Source of the DNA: Prorocentrum cordatum | Lineage: Eukaryota | DNA: 56,104 nt | Reading direction: 5' to 3' | Assembly (NCBI GenBank): GCA_963575745.1 | Contig: CAUYUJ010000112.1 | Span: forward strand, 62,001 to 118,104 | Shown here: positions 23,428 through 34,604 of the stretch, piece after piece | How the letters are laid out: every line of letters begins with the position of its first letter | Numbering within the stretch: position 1 is the first letter of the stretch | The notes under the pieces: model-generated | Seen by the model: only the letters and a program-made list of their open reading frames with translations | What the model was told of the DNA's origin: nothing | The model's database searches: none | Translations under genes and position numbers: made by a program

Positions 23428-26010
23428 ATGCTCCACCACGCGCCTTTGGGTTGCGAGGAGCTCGGCATCAGCGTCCTGGCGACCAACATGCCAGAGAAAG
23501 TCTGGCGCAAGTTGGCTGCGTGGCACGGGCTCCCCGTGGGCGGCCGCGCCGGGCCACTCAGCGAGGCCCGCTGGCAGCTGCTCCGCGAGAAGGTGGCCAG
23601 CTTAGTCTGGTGGCACCCTGAAGGGGGAGTGGCACCCAGCCCGAGCTTCGAGGCGAGAGCTACCGAGGCAGACGCCAGATTGCGCAGCCACTGGCAACGG
23701 CTGGACCGTAGCAGCTCGCCCAAGCCGCCAGCTGGTTCTGCCCGGCGAGGTTCGCGCTCCCCGTCAGCCGAGGGCGGGCGCGCAGCTAGTTCCGAGGCAC
23801 CCGCATCGGGAGAGAGCCATCAGGAGGATGACGGCGGGGATATGATGGCATGCTACTTGGAGGAGAAGGCCCGGGGATCGAGCGACGCAGCGGCGGTGCA
23901 GAGTGCGGCCGCCGGCTTCGGCGAGGAGGCCCACCAGGTGCTCGCCGACCTCATCCGCTACGCCCAGCACCTCAGGCAGCAGACGACCGAGCCTGAGGAG
24001 CTCGCACGGCTCGATGGGCACATTGGCAGCTGGGAGGCGCTGCAGCAGGTGCCTTCACGGCCTCAGACCCCGGAGGCAGCGCCGAGCAGCCTGCAGGGTC
24101 TGCTCAAGCTCCCGCCCGAGCGCCACCGCTCGCAAGGGCCGCTGGCCACCCAGGCCGATAGCGCGCCCTTGATCGAGACGCGGCCGCCCCGCTCGCCAGC
24201 AGCGCCTGCACCGGCACTTGCACTTGGGCTGCGGGACACCGGCCCCCTGCCGGCCGCGGCTGGGCTCGCCCCCGTCGTTCGCCCACAGGCTCCAAACGTT
24301 GGGGCCCTATTCCGCTACGACCATCACATCAGCGACTTGGGTTTGCCCCCAGGTCTGACTACAGCTCCGGCGCGCTATGCCGCGGGAGCCCCAGAGGAAG
24401 GCGGAGGAAGCGACCCGTTTGGCCTCGTGCAGCCCGGAGCACCCTTGGATGCGAACACCGCACGGATGTTGCACGCCCTGGAGGGGGTCGCTAGCGCCCG
24501 CCAAGGCGACAAGGCGGCCCAGCGCGGGACAGTGGCGGCATTGGGAAGAGCGGAGGAGTTGGACGTCTACTTGGCGCGCGGGTGCGGCCAGCTGACGGTG
24601 GAGGTCTGCGACGAGGTCCTTGGGCGCGAGCTGTTCTATGCTCTGCGCCGGACCTGCGAGCAGAACAAGGCCCTGATGCTCGCGGTCGAAGCGCCCACGA
24701 CGGTGTCCAATCGGATCGCGATGGCCTGCGCCTCGCTCAGCTTCGGCGGCAGCAGCCTGGACAACCTGGCTCCGTGGTCTGCCTCAGCGGCGGACTTCCC
24801 GACATGCCAGACGGTCGCGTTCGACAAGTACAGCGCGCCGCACGACGCCAAGCTGGAGCCCAGGCCCAGGGCGCCAGTGGTCTTTGACCAGTGGAAGCGA
24901 CAGGCCTAGAACATGACCAAGTTCTTCGGGCTCGTCTTCGGACGGGAGCACGTCAAAGAGCGTCTGGACTGCCTGGAGATCCTTGCGCGGGAGTGCGAGA
25001 AGGACGACCACGCCTTCCCGCCCAAGTTCGTATATGAACTATGGGAGGAGCTGTGGTCGACCTGGTGCGAGCGCCTCCGAGAGAAGAAGCGAGGCCTCCT
25101 GCGCGTGCTGCAGACGGACAACCCCCGGAAGGAGGACCTCAAGATGGTGGCCTTCGCTCCCAAGGCGGATGGCCGCCCGGCGTTCGTCTTCCCCAACGTC
25201 TTTGACCTAGAGTCCCCCACGGGCTACTACCAAGAGGTCGTGCGCCCTCGCCAGCAGCGCTACCTGCAGACCGTCCTCAACGACTCGATGCACGGGGTGC
25301 GCGGCGTCCCGGGCAAGGCAGGAGAAGTCGGAGAAAGGGGGCGAACCGGCTGCTGAGCTGCAAGATCAGCGAGCAGGAGCAGCGCCCAAGAGGAAGCCCA
25401 CCGGCCGAAAGCCACCTCAGCGCGCGCCGCCTACCCCGCTGGCAAGCGGCTGAACGCACAGGAGATCAAGCTCTCCGTCCGGCACGCGCCCTGCGACAAG
25501 CAGGGCAAGCCGCTTTGCTGGGACAACTCGACCTGGATCGGCTGCAAGAAGGGCGCTCATGGGTGCTCGCATTCACACGAGCTCATCAAGGGCCTGAAGG
25601 ATGTGCACTGGACCGTGCAGTGCCAGCTGCTCAGGCGAGGCGGGCCCCGCAACGCCGCCAAGATCGACCCAGCTTCGGTCAATGGGAGGATCGCGCAGCT
25701 GCGGGCCCAAGCCAAGACAGAAGCGGACAGCAAGCGGGCAGCAGGCGCGGGGGCGACGGAGAACCAGCCGACCAAGACGGGCTGGGCACCACCCGACGAG
25801 TACGCCGAGGTTCAGTGCACCGAGCTGGAGTCCGAGCTCCGCGAGGCTGCCCAGGGACCCGACGCCACCTGGCTGGAGGACCCGCGCGCTGACAGCCCCG
25901 CCCTGACTGGGGCGAGCGTCTGCACAGACGCGGGGGCCTTGGCCCAGCAGAAGCTGCTCGTTGCTGTCCAGGAGAGCGGAGTGCTCGACCCCTGTGAGCC
26001 ACGCCAGTGA
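23428..26010 (+). pseudogene. Gag-like region of the retroelement polyprotein with CCCH zinc finger
   Basis: One frame throughout with stops at 24907 and 25354; C-x8-C-x6-C-x3-H (CWDNSTWIGCKKGAHGCSHSH) at 25516-25578. Confidence 0.7.
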
Positions 26011-26149
26011 CTACCTACGGTCACATGTCTTGGCCCGCCTTGCCTGTGCCCGTGGGCGCGGGGAAAAGCTCTCAGTCGAGCAGGTACTCCTTGAGGCAAC
26101 GCGCCACGGGGGCCCCACCTTGGCTGCCGAGGCTAGCGAGCTCCTGGAC

Positions 26150-26900
26150 CGCATCGGGGCGAAAGCCGGCAACCTGGGGGCCGACCCAGACGTCATCATC
26201 ACCCCAGTGCGGTGGAACGCGGAGAAGTCGGTGGGCCAGGGTTCCGTCACCGTGCAGGGCCAGACTTGGCATTACCTTGACTACCAGGACCAGCTGCCCC
26301 TCGACGAGTGCATCGCGAAGCGTCTGCATGTGCCCACCGGAGTTTCGGAAGAACGCCAACGTCTCCCACTCCATCTGGCGGCAGCCAAGCTTTGGGTGCA
26401 GCTCGAGGCACCACCTGACGCCCAGCAGGTCAAGGACTTGGCCCTCGAGATCCGCAGGGACCTCTTGGAGAAGGCGACCGGCGCTGCTGCGGGCCTCGCT
26501 GACGCCCCACCCTGGATATCTCCCAGGGAGGCCGAGGTCCGGATGCACATCCACGACGCGGTGCACCGCGACCACGACAAGGATTTCAGGTGTGTCGCCC
26601 TTTTCCCGTGCGAGGCGCTGGACGAAGTGGTGGTCAGAGTCTGGCGGGCAGATCACTGGGGTCATTTGGATATTGACACAGTCCTTCCAGCGGGGGAACC
26701 CAAGCAGGAGTGCCACGTGATCACCCATCGCGGGCACATGCGTGTCCTTCACCCTCCGTCCGGCGCCGAGGGCCGACGGGTGGCCGACGAGCTGATTCGC
26801 ACCTGGGCCACGAGCGGGAAGGACCTCAAGGAGCTCCCCACCATGGGCTGGGAGACATACCTCGCTTCCGAGGAGGAGGGCAGCCCGGTGGTGTCCAGCA
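26150..26900 (+). pseudogene. Putative papain/OTU-like cysteine protease domain (Cys codon mutated)
   Basis: EERQ[R]LPLHLAAA (CGT at 26360, one transition from TGT) and HVITHRGHMRVL (His at 26735); inference only. Confidence 0.3.
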
Positions 26901-27059
26901 AACCCCCACCGTGCCAACACTGCAGGGCACGTGCAGCACAGCAGCAGCAGCGTGGGAGAGCCGCCGGCGGCGCACCCGCCGTGGTCGAGCTCCCCACCGA
27001 GGTGGCCTGCCCAGACTTTAAGGACCTGGCGCCTTTGCGCTCTCGGCCCGCCTTCGCAT

Positions 27060-28215
27060 GGGGGCTCAGGACGCGGGAGATCTTCGCCGGCACAGGGCGC
27101 TGGACACAGGCCATGAAGAACGCGGGCATCGCCACCAGCGATCCGTCGAGTACTACGGGCAGCCAGGACCCCAGGCCGCAGTTCGACATCCGCGACCCGC
27201 TAGTGCGCGAGCGCCTGTACCAGGAGTTCAGTGCGCCTCCAGGCCCGGACGAAGCCAATGTGCTACAGTTCGCTCCTCCCTGCGTGAGCCACTGCCCCTG
27301 GCAGTTGGCAGCAGGAGGGGCGAGCACCTTCGAGTGCCCAGATGGGACTGGTGAGCGTCAAGTCGAGATCGATGGCAACGTGTTCGGGGAGTTCGCGTGC
27401 ATAGGGGCAAAGCGGGGCTACGAGGCAGGACGAGAGTTTCTCATCGAGTCCTCAGCACGGGGCGGCAGGTACCCCAAGCTTTGGGATCGACCCTGCATGA
27501 GAGCTCTAGTGCACGCGACTGGGGCCCGGGTCCTCGCCATGGACATGTGCGAGTGGGGACTCGGACCCCCGGACGAGCCCCAGTATCGGTACCAGAAGCG
27601 AACCTGGTGGCTGGTATCACTCGGGCTCTACCCTTACGCTCTGATCTTGGCCAGGCGGTGCTCGGGCAAGCACGCGCACCGCACGTTAGAGGGCGGCCTG
27701 CCGCACGACTTGACGGACGCCCAGGTGTAAGCCTACAACCTCGACGCACGCACGCGGCTCAGCAAGGCCGAGGCAAGCGAGCTGATCAACCTCAGCACCA
27801 AGTTGGGTGAGGCCAGCGGGTGCTATGGCCTCGACAAGGACGGCGTCACAGTCAGGCTGTCCCCGGACGACAAGCTGCTCCGCGTGAACCAGCTCATCGC
27901 GCGGGCCGCCCCAGACAACTTCCACTGGGCGCGGGTGGACTTCCGCACCAAGCGGCACTACTCCGCTCTGTCCGAGAACCAGTGGGCCCTCTACTTCGGA
28001 AAGACCCCCGAGGGCGAGCTCCGCTTCACCATCAGCACGCAAGCCCCGCCCAACATGGAGGGTGGAGGGCGCGTCCCCAGCGGCACCCCCCAGCTCAGTG
28101 CTGCAGTGAAGGGGGAGCTGGGAAGCGCCGGCTTCGGGCTGGGGCTGCGGGGCATGCGGAGGACCCAGCACGCGGGGCAGTATGCGCCGCGGCTGTGCGC
28201 TGCCTGGGCAGTCGT
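27060..28215 (+). pseudogene. C5 cytosine DNA methyltransferase domain 1
   Basis: Motif I EIFAGTG (27077), IV FAPPC (27269-27283), VI LIE, VIII-like DMCEWG..YQKRTW, X-like RTQHAGQYAPRLCAAWA; in-frame TAA at 27728. Confidence 0.85.
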
Positions 28216-29005
28216 GCTGAAAGCAGCGGCTGCAGGCACCGCTCCCGAGCAGCTGGAACAGCAGATTGCGGCGATGGACGCCGAGGCGCGGGCTTTGGAG
28301 GAGAAGTTGGAAAGCAAGGTGGCGCGGGCCGAGCGTTTTGACGCCCTGGAACAAGACCCCCCTCCTTCATCGCGCCCGTCAGCCTGTGCGGCAGAGGGCG
28401 CCGCGACCGAGGGCGGGACCATCAGCGAGCATGGCGAGAAGAGCGGCAGCTTGAGGAGGAGCGCCATCACTGGTAAAGCAGAGGAGGATCGGAACAGGTG
28501 CAGTTGCAGCTACGACGACAGCTGGCTTGAGGCCCCCCTCAGCTGCTGCGGCGTCTCGGACTGCCTACCCCACCCGAAACTGAGAGGCTCAACGGAGGTC
28601 AGGGTTGACGAGAGCTCAAAGGGCCCCCGTGGGGGCGGTCGTTCAAAGGACGGCTGCCCGGAGAGAGACGTGGCGGAGGAGGACGGCGGGAGCTTACAGG
28701 GCGAACGCCAAGGTGAGGACGAGGTGGAGGTGGAGACCGGCGGTGAGCCGATCGTGATCGAGTGCGGTGGCGACGAAAAGCGGGGCGGCAAGCGGGGCGG
28801 CAAGCGAGGGGGCTGGAAGCGCAATAAAGCGCGCAAGCGTGAGGCGCGTGAAGCTGCCGCTCGAGGTGGAGGCGGACCTGGCGGAGATGGTGATGGTGAC
28901 GACGACGGGGGTGAGAGCCCCGACAAGGATGAGGAGGAGGAAGAGGAGAACCGCCGCCAGAAGAAGGCGAGGGAAGCCGAGAATGAAGCATCCCGAGCCA
29001 GCCCA

Positions 29006-29250
29006 GTGCGAGTCTTTGTCCCGCAGCAGGGCGACCAGTGGGTGCTGCTCAAGGGGGCCGTTCGAGGCAGGAGAGGTCAAAGCGAAGCTGAGGGTCTCAG
29101 ATGCGCTGTCCGGGTGCATCTTCGACGAGGACCAGCTGTACCTCTTCGAGTACACGGAGGACGAGGACACGGCAGGCGCACATGGGCCACCTCTCGACGA
29201 CGAGGAGTCGGTGCGCCCTGGAGAGAAGCTGCTGCTGTGGGCCACGCTGA
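29006..29250 (+). pseudogene. Putative ubiquitin-like domain
   Basis: After removing one G from the G-run near 29053-29057: VRVFVP..WVLL..VKAKLRVSDALSG..EDQLYLF..PLDDEESVRPGEKLLLW, which follows the beta-grasp pattern. Confidence 0.4.
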
Positions 29251-30899
29251 AGCCGCCGAAGGATTGGACCAGCTGGAGCCCCCGGTGGGATCGAGATCAG
29301 CAACCAGCACCTGGCGCCACAGCCCAAGCCGGCCAGCGGAGGGTCACAGCCAGGGTTGCTGACCGGGCTTCAGCCGCAGCGGCAGCTGCACGATCAGGCG
29401 GGGCCGCAGCAAGCTCAGCAGCCAGCAGCAGCCGCATGCCAGCACCGACGTTCAGCGAAGTGGCCGCAGCAGTAGGAGGCGAAAGGGCAAGCTCAGTCCC
29501 CCCGTCCAGCGGGGGCACTTCGAGGAGCTCAGGCGCCCTGAGACGAGTGGAGGAGCAGCTCGCCAAGGCCCAGGGGCGCCACGCCCGCCTAGCGGGCGAG
29601 GGCAGCGACCAGGAGCGGAGCGCCGCACGTGCAGTCGGGCAGCTGGAGGTCAGGCGCAACGAGGTACAGGCCCGCCGCGCCGCCCGACTCGAGCGCGAGG
29701 CGCGCCGGAAGGAGCGCGAGGACCAGAGGGCCATGAGTGCCCCCCCGAGGCCTCAGAGTCCGCAGGAGTTCCCAGGAGCCCCCCCTCCACCGGAGGCTGA
29801 GGGGGACCAAAGAGGCCACCTCCGATGAGGCAGGACGCAGGGCCACCGAGACGCACCCGGGGGTAGCCTGCCGCGGGGGGGTCCACAAGTGCAATGCAGC
29901 ACGGCGCTTCGTCAAGAACTTCAATGACGTACGGAGGGGCGGCAAGAGCAACGACCTCCAGCACGCGGATATCTTGTACCTGAACGGGATCGGGCAGAAC
30001 AGCGACGTGTTGATGCAAGAGTAGCCTGGGGCGGATCCGACGGATCCGACCCTGGCGCCAGAACCTCGCCAGCTCGGCGAGATCCTGGCGCGCTACGTGG
30101 AGGAGCACGAAGCGCTGAAGGTCAAGATGAAAAGCCTCGGCATCCCGCGGGACGAGCACGCCGGAGGAGGGATCCTGGGCCCCATATACGTCGAGACCGA
30201 GAAGACCTACATCGAGGAATACGAGGGCCAGGGCATTCCTAGCGCCCGCAGCCGCAGCCGCAGTCGGGGTGCGGGGACGGCCCCCCACGAGAGAGAGCGA
30301 GGTCCTCCGGAGGGGTGCACGATGGCTCAGAGTCGTCCGCCTCCGAGACGATGGCCCCCATTGCAAGAGGCAGACTGCGAGCGAGGTCGCCGCCGGACGA
30401 GAGCCGCGGGCGCAGTGCCGCCCCTGACCCAAGGGACCCAGGGCGTAGATGCGGAGGCCCCGAGGTGCCGCCGGCGCATGTCCGCCCGGGCGCGCACCAT
30501 GAGAGCAGAGCGGAGGCACGCCAGAGCGAGCGTCCAACAGCGCCGCCGGCTGCCTCTCGCCCTGGAGCCCCTGAGGCTAAGGAATACCTGGCTTGGTGCC
30601 TGGAGCGCGCAGGGTTCGCCCCGGAGCTGGTGAAGGAGGTGACGGACTTGGGGAATCGTCTGCTCCTCGCCGCGGGGAGCGTGGAAGCCGCCGCGGCGCG
30701 GCTTCACGAGGAGCGGGAGCGCGTCCTCGGGAATCCGCTCGGAGGGGTGCTCGACCCTGAGTTCGGCGCGGCCCTGGAAGAGGACCACAAGCAGTACCTC
30801 CGCGAGATGGCCACCAAGGGTGTCCCCGTCCGGAGGCAGCGGCCCAGGCGGCGCACCGTGGCCAAGCCCCACGCCTCAGCACGGGACCACGCCCTGGAG

Positions 30900-31720
30900 A
30901 TGTACGCCAAGGCCTGGAAGGACACCTCCTACGGCGCCGTGCTTTGGGCCACCCCAGAGGCCGAGGACGCTCTGTCTGCATCGGAGCTCATCGAGAGCCC
31001 GTCCGGGCGAGTACCCAAGATGCTGCCCGACCGCGCGGTGAGCAGCGAAGGGCGCCCTATACACGACATGCGCGCCGCCAACGGGGACTCGCCCAAGGAG
31101 CTGCGCCCGCCGGCTCTTCAACCGAAGCACGAGGCCCTCGTGCGCCTCTCCCTTTGGTGGTCAGCGCGCCACCCCGGGGTGCCGCAGGTGATAGCCAAGA
31201 GGGACGTCTCGAGGGCCTTCAAGTGGCACTGGGTGCGCGACGAGGACGTAGCCGAGTTGAGTTCGGCACCTCCCTCCCAGGCGAGGCTGTGGACATGGCC
31301 ACGCGCGTGATCATGATCCACTGCGTAATGGTCTTCGGGTGGTCGGGGTCCCCGGGCGAGTATACGGCGTTCGCCTGGAGCGCCAAGTGGGACCACGAGC
31401 GGCGCAGGCCGCCGGACCCCGCAGTCAACGACACGGTGCGCTGGTCGTCCAAGTGGTTGATGGACGACGGCGTCCTGGTCGAGCCGCTGGTCGGCCTCAG
31501 GCCCTGGCTCAGCGCAGCCGACTGCGACGCGAGCATGAGGCGTGTCTGGGGCAGCGAGGCGATCAACGTTGACAAGATGGCGGAGGAGGGTACCTTCCAG
31601 GCAGAGCAGTTGGTCTGGGGCCTCTATCTGGACGTTGACAAGCAGCGCTCGAGGCTCCCGGAGCCCAAATGCGTGAAGGCCGCCCACCTCCTGGCGATCA
31701 ACGAGCTGCACTATGGGTGC
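30900..31720 (+). pseudogene. Reverse transcriptase domain (DIRS type)
   Basis: SGRVPK..GRPIHDMR, KRDVSRAFK, MVFGWSGSPG, WLMDD, LVWGLYLD; frameshifted by a GAGTT duplication at 31254-31263. Confidence 0.93.
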
Positions 31721-32029
31721 CGCCGGGTTCCCATCAAGGTCGCCCAGGAGCTGAGGGGCTCCGCGCAGTTCTGGGTGGCCACGCAGCCGGCTATCAAGCC
31801 TGAGCTGCCGGTCATCGACCGCCTCCTTGGTGGCGGGCTCGGAGCAGCCTGGGCGGAGCCCAAAGGGAGCGCGGAGGAGGTTGCCCTCGCCTGGGACGAG
31901 TGGGATCAGACCCTCGAGCTGTTGCGAGTGCTCTTCGACGCGCCCGAAGCCTGGGCGCCCACCTTCGAAGCAAGCTTCATCTCCTGCTTGGGGCCGCGCG
32001 AGCGCCTAGCATTACCAGGTGCCACCGCC

Positions 32030-32460
32030 CGGGCGAGGTGGACGGGGGGAGATGCTACCACGACGACCATCGGCAGCATAGACTGGGGGCGCGCAGTGGC
32101 AGGCAGCAAGGCGGCGCCACCACACTATATGGCCGTGGATGCCGCCCCGCTCCTCCGCCAGCTGGAGGACGTGCTGAGCCACCCGGGGGCCGAGAAGGAC
32201 TGGGCTATAGCTATCGTCGAGCTGCTCGCATTCGTGGCCTTGGCCGCAGCGAGGGGCGACGAGTGGCAGGGCGAGCTTGTCTTCTACGTCACTGACAACA
32301 TGAACGTGCGGTCGTGGATTTCCAAGAGGCGTCCCAAGCATCCGCTTGCGAGGCACCTCGCCCGCCTCATTCAGCGCTTGGAAGCCTGCCACGGGTTCAG
32401 CACCACCGCACTGTACATCCGCACCTACCACAACGACATCGCGGACTGGCTGTCGCGAGA
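32030..32460 (+). CDS. RNase H domain of the retroelement polyprotein
   Basis: GGDAT, IVELLA, VTDNMNV and HNDIADWLSR give the D-E-D-D residues. Confidence 0.92.
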
Positions 32461-32649
32461 GGAGGCCAAGAAGGTCCACTCCGAGCTCCTGCGCAAGGGG
32501 TGGACCCGTATCGAACCGCCCGAGGCGTGGGGGAAGATGCTGGCGGAGGCGAAGGAGCATCTCTTGCGGCTGCCTGGGGAGGAAGGGCCCATTGCGGAGT
32601 CTGCGCTCCGACATCGGGCGCTGAGGACCCCCGCAGCGGTACCGCGCAA

Positions 32650-33490
32650 CCTGGCCCTCAAGGGGTGCCGAGGGCTGGAGCTCGGGAGCCCGCTGGGCAC
32701 CTACGGGCGCGCCTGGGAACGGCTAGGTGGGGAGCTGACGACGAGCAACTCAACGGAGGTGGACTGGATCATGTGTACCTTGACCCTGGACCCGAAGGGT
32801 TTCGAGGTCGAGAAGCTGGTGTCCGCGGTCACCCGAGCAAGGCCGCAGATCGTCGTGGTCGATGCCCCCGGCAAGCTCGACCTGGCCCGCGTCGTCAAAG
32901 CGCCGCGCAGGATGGGATATCGCACGTACGACCTGGAGGTCGTCTGCACCCACTACGGCGACATGACGGCCCGGGCTCGAAGCCTGCTCGTAGCGGGCCG
33001 AGGACCAGCAGGCGCTAGCCTGGCGAGCGTGCGCACGCCGCCGGCGCGCCGCTGTCCACACGGGGTGAAGCACGCGCTGAAGGACAAGCTCAGCGAAGGC
33101 GGCCACCACTGGCTCGACGACGAGGGGAACGTCACGTGGGACCCAGCAGCCCGGAGCGGCTCCGACGCCATGCTGCCCAAGGGAATCGGCCACATCAAGC
33201 TCGCCGACACGAAGCACCTGGTCTGCTCGATCGACGGCCCGACCGGCACGGTTCGCTGGCCCACAGAGGGCCCGGGCGGACCGGGAGGGACGTTGGCCCA
33301 CATCCCGGGGAGCTGCGACGGGCGCATCCGAGCGCTGTCGCCCGAGGAAATCTGGATCGTGCAAGGGGGCGACGAGGCGGCTTGGGTGGCGAGGCGGGCC
33401 CAGGGCGACGCCGTGGATGCCCAGATGCGGGAAGCTGCGAGGTCCTTGCCGCCAGAGACGGCGAGAGCTGTCCTGGGCGCCGTCGCGGAC
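32650..33490 (+). CDS. Second, catalytically degenerate C5-MTase-like domain
   Basis: RPQIVVVDAP (VI-like), MGYRTYDLEVVCTHYGDMTARARSLLVAGR (VIII-like), IRALSPEEIWIVQG (IX-like), QMREAARSLPP (X-like); no PC dyad. Confidence 0.65.
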
Positions 33491-33949
33491 GCGACGTTGC
33501 AGACCACCCAGCGGGCAGGCGGCTGCCGCGACCCCGCGGAGTCCGCCGCCTGGGAGACGACCCGGAGGTGGCTCAGGGCTTGGGCGCAGGGCGAGCTCCG
33601 CGTGAAGGCCGAGGCCGCAGGGGACGACCGACACGCGGGAGTGCTAAGCGACGATGTTCACAAAGCGAGGCGCAAGAGCCAAGGCGTCCGCTTCAGAGCG
33701 ATCGAGGAGGACCTCGTGCGGGGGCCCGAGCCCCCACCTGACGCCAAGGAGGTGGACCTGAATGCGGTTGTCGACACGCCCAAGAGGCGACGGAGGCGGA
33801 GCCCCAACAGGGGCAAGAAGGTGGAGACCCAGAGGCTAGTCAAGCCGATCGCGCTGGGCCAAGCTCGGGCTGCCATCGCCTGGCCGGACCGCCCGACCCT
33901 GGGAGGGGAGGACTACGGCAGGTGGATCGAGGAGCAGAAGCGCGAGGCG

Positions 33950-34172
33950 CTGATGCTGCGGCTGTCTGAGGGGACCCGCGCCGGCTATGAGACCGGCTGG
34001 CGACAGTGGCAGGGCTTCAGGTCAGCCCAGGGCGAGTCGCCCTGGCTCGAGGGGCGCGACCGCGAGGAGCGCTACGCCAACGAGGAAGCGTTGCTGGGAT
34101 TCGTCGTTGTGTTGGCCAAGGTGCTGAAGCGCACAGAGGGTACGATCAAACAGAAGTTGTTTGTTGTGCGTT
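33950..34172 (+). pseudogene. Tyrosine recombinase N-terminal (core-binding) part
   Basis: LSEGTRAGYETGWRQW..GTIKQKLFVVR rejoins FAHLVVGYPDP at 47133 after removing the insertion. Confidence 0.88.
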
Positions 34173-34604
34173 CCCAGAGCATCCGAACAGAATAAAAAGA
34201 AGGAGCTGATCGTTAGAAAGAAGAAAACGAAAAAAAAGAAGAGTAGATGTACGACGTGTCAATATGTCATAAAAAAAGAAGTTTATCATATAATAAGAAT
34301 AACAAGAAATAAATGAAATAATTCATTTTGAAATGAATTAATTCATTTCCAAATGAATAATTCAGAACATGCATGTTATACTATGTACACAATATTAGAG
34401 CTATTGCATGTCAAGTGTATATGTTGTCAATGTGTGCGAGTGTGTATATATGGTGCGTGCGCCTAGATGATATATAGGTTTGGGCGGATTGAGGTATTAT
34501 GGGGAACTCACATAGCCTGGTGGATCCACTGGATTCGGCGGATATATAAGGGGTGGGGGGGGATGCGCTGTTGCACCCGAGCCACGCAGGCCCAAGCATT
34601 ACAT

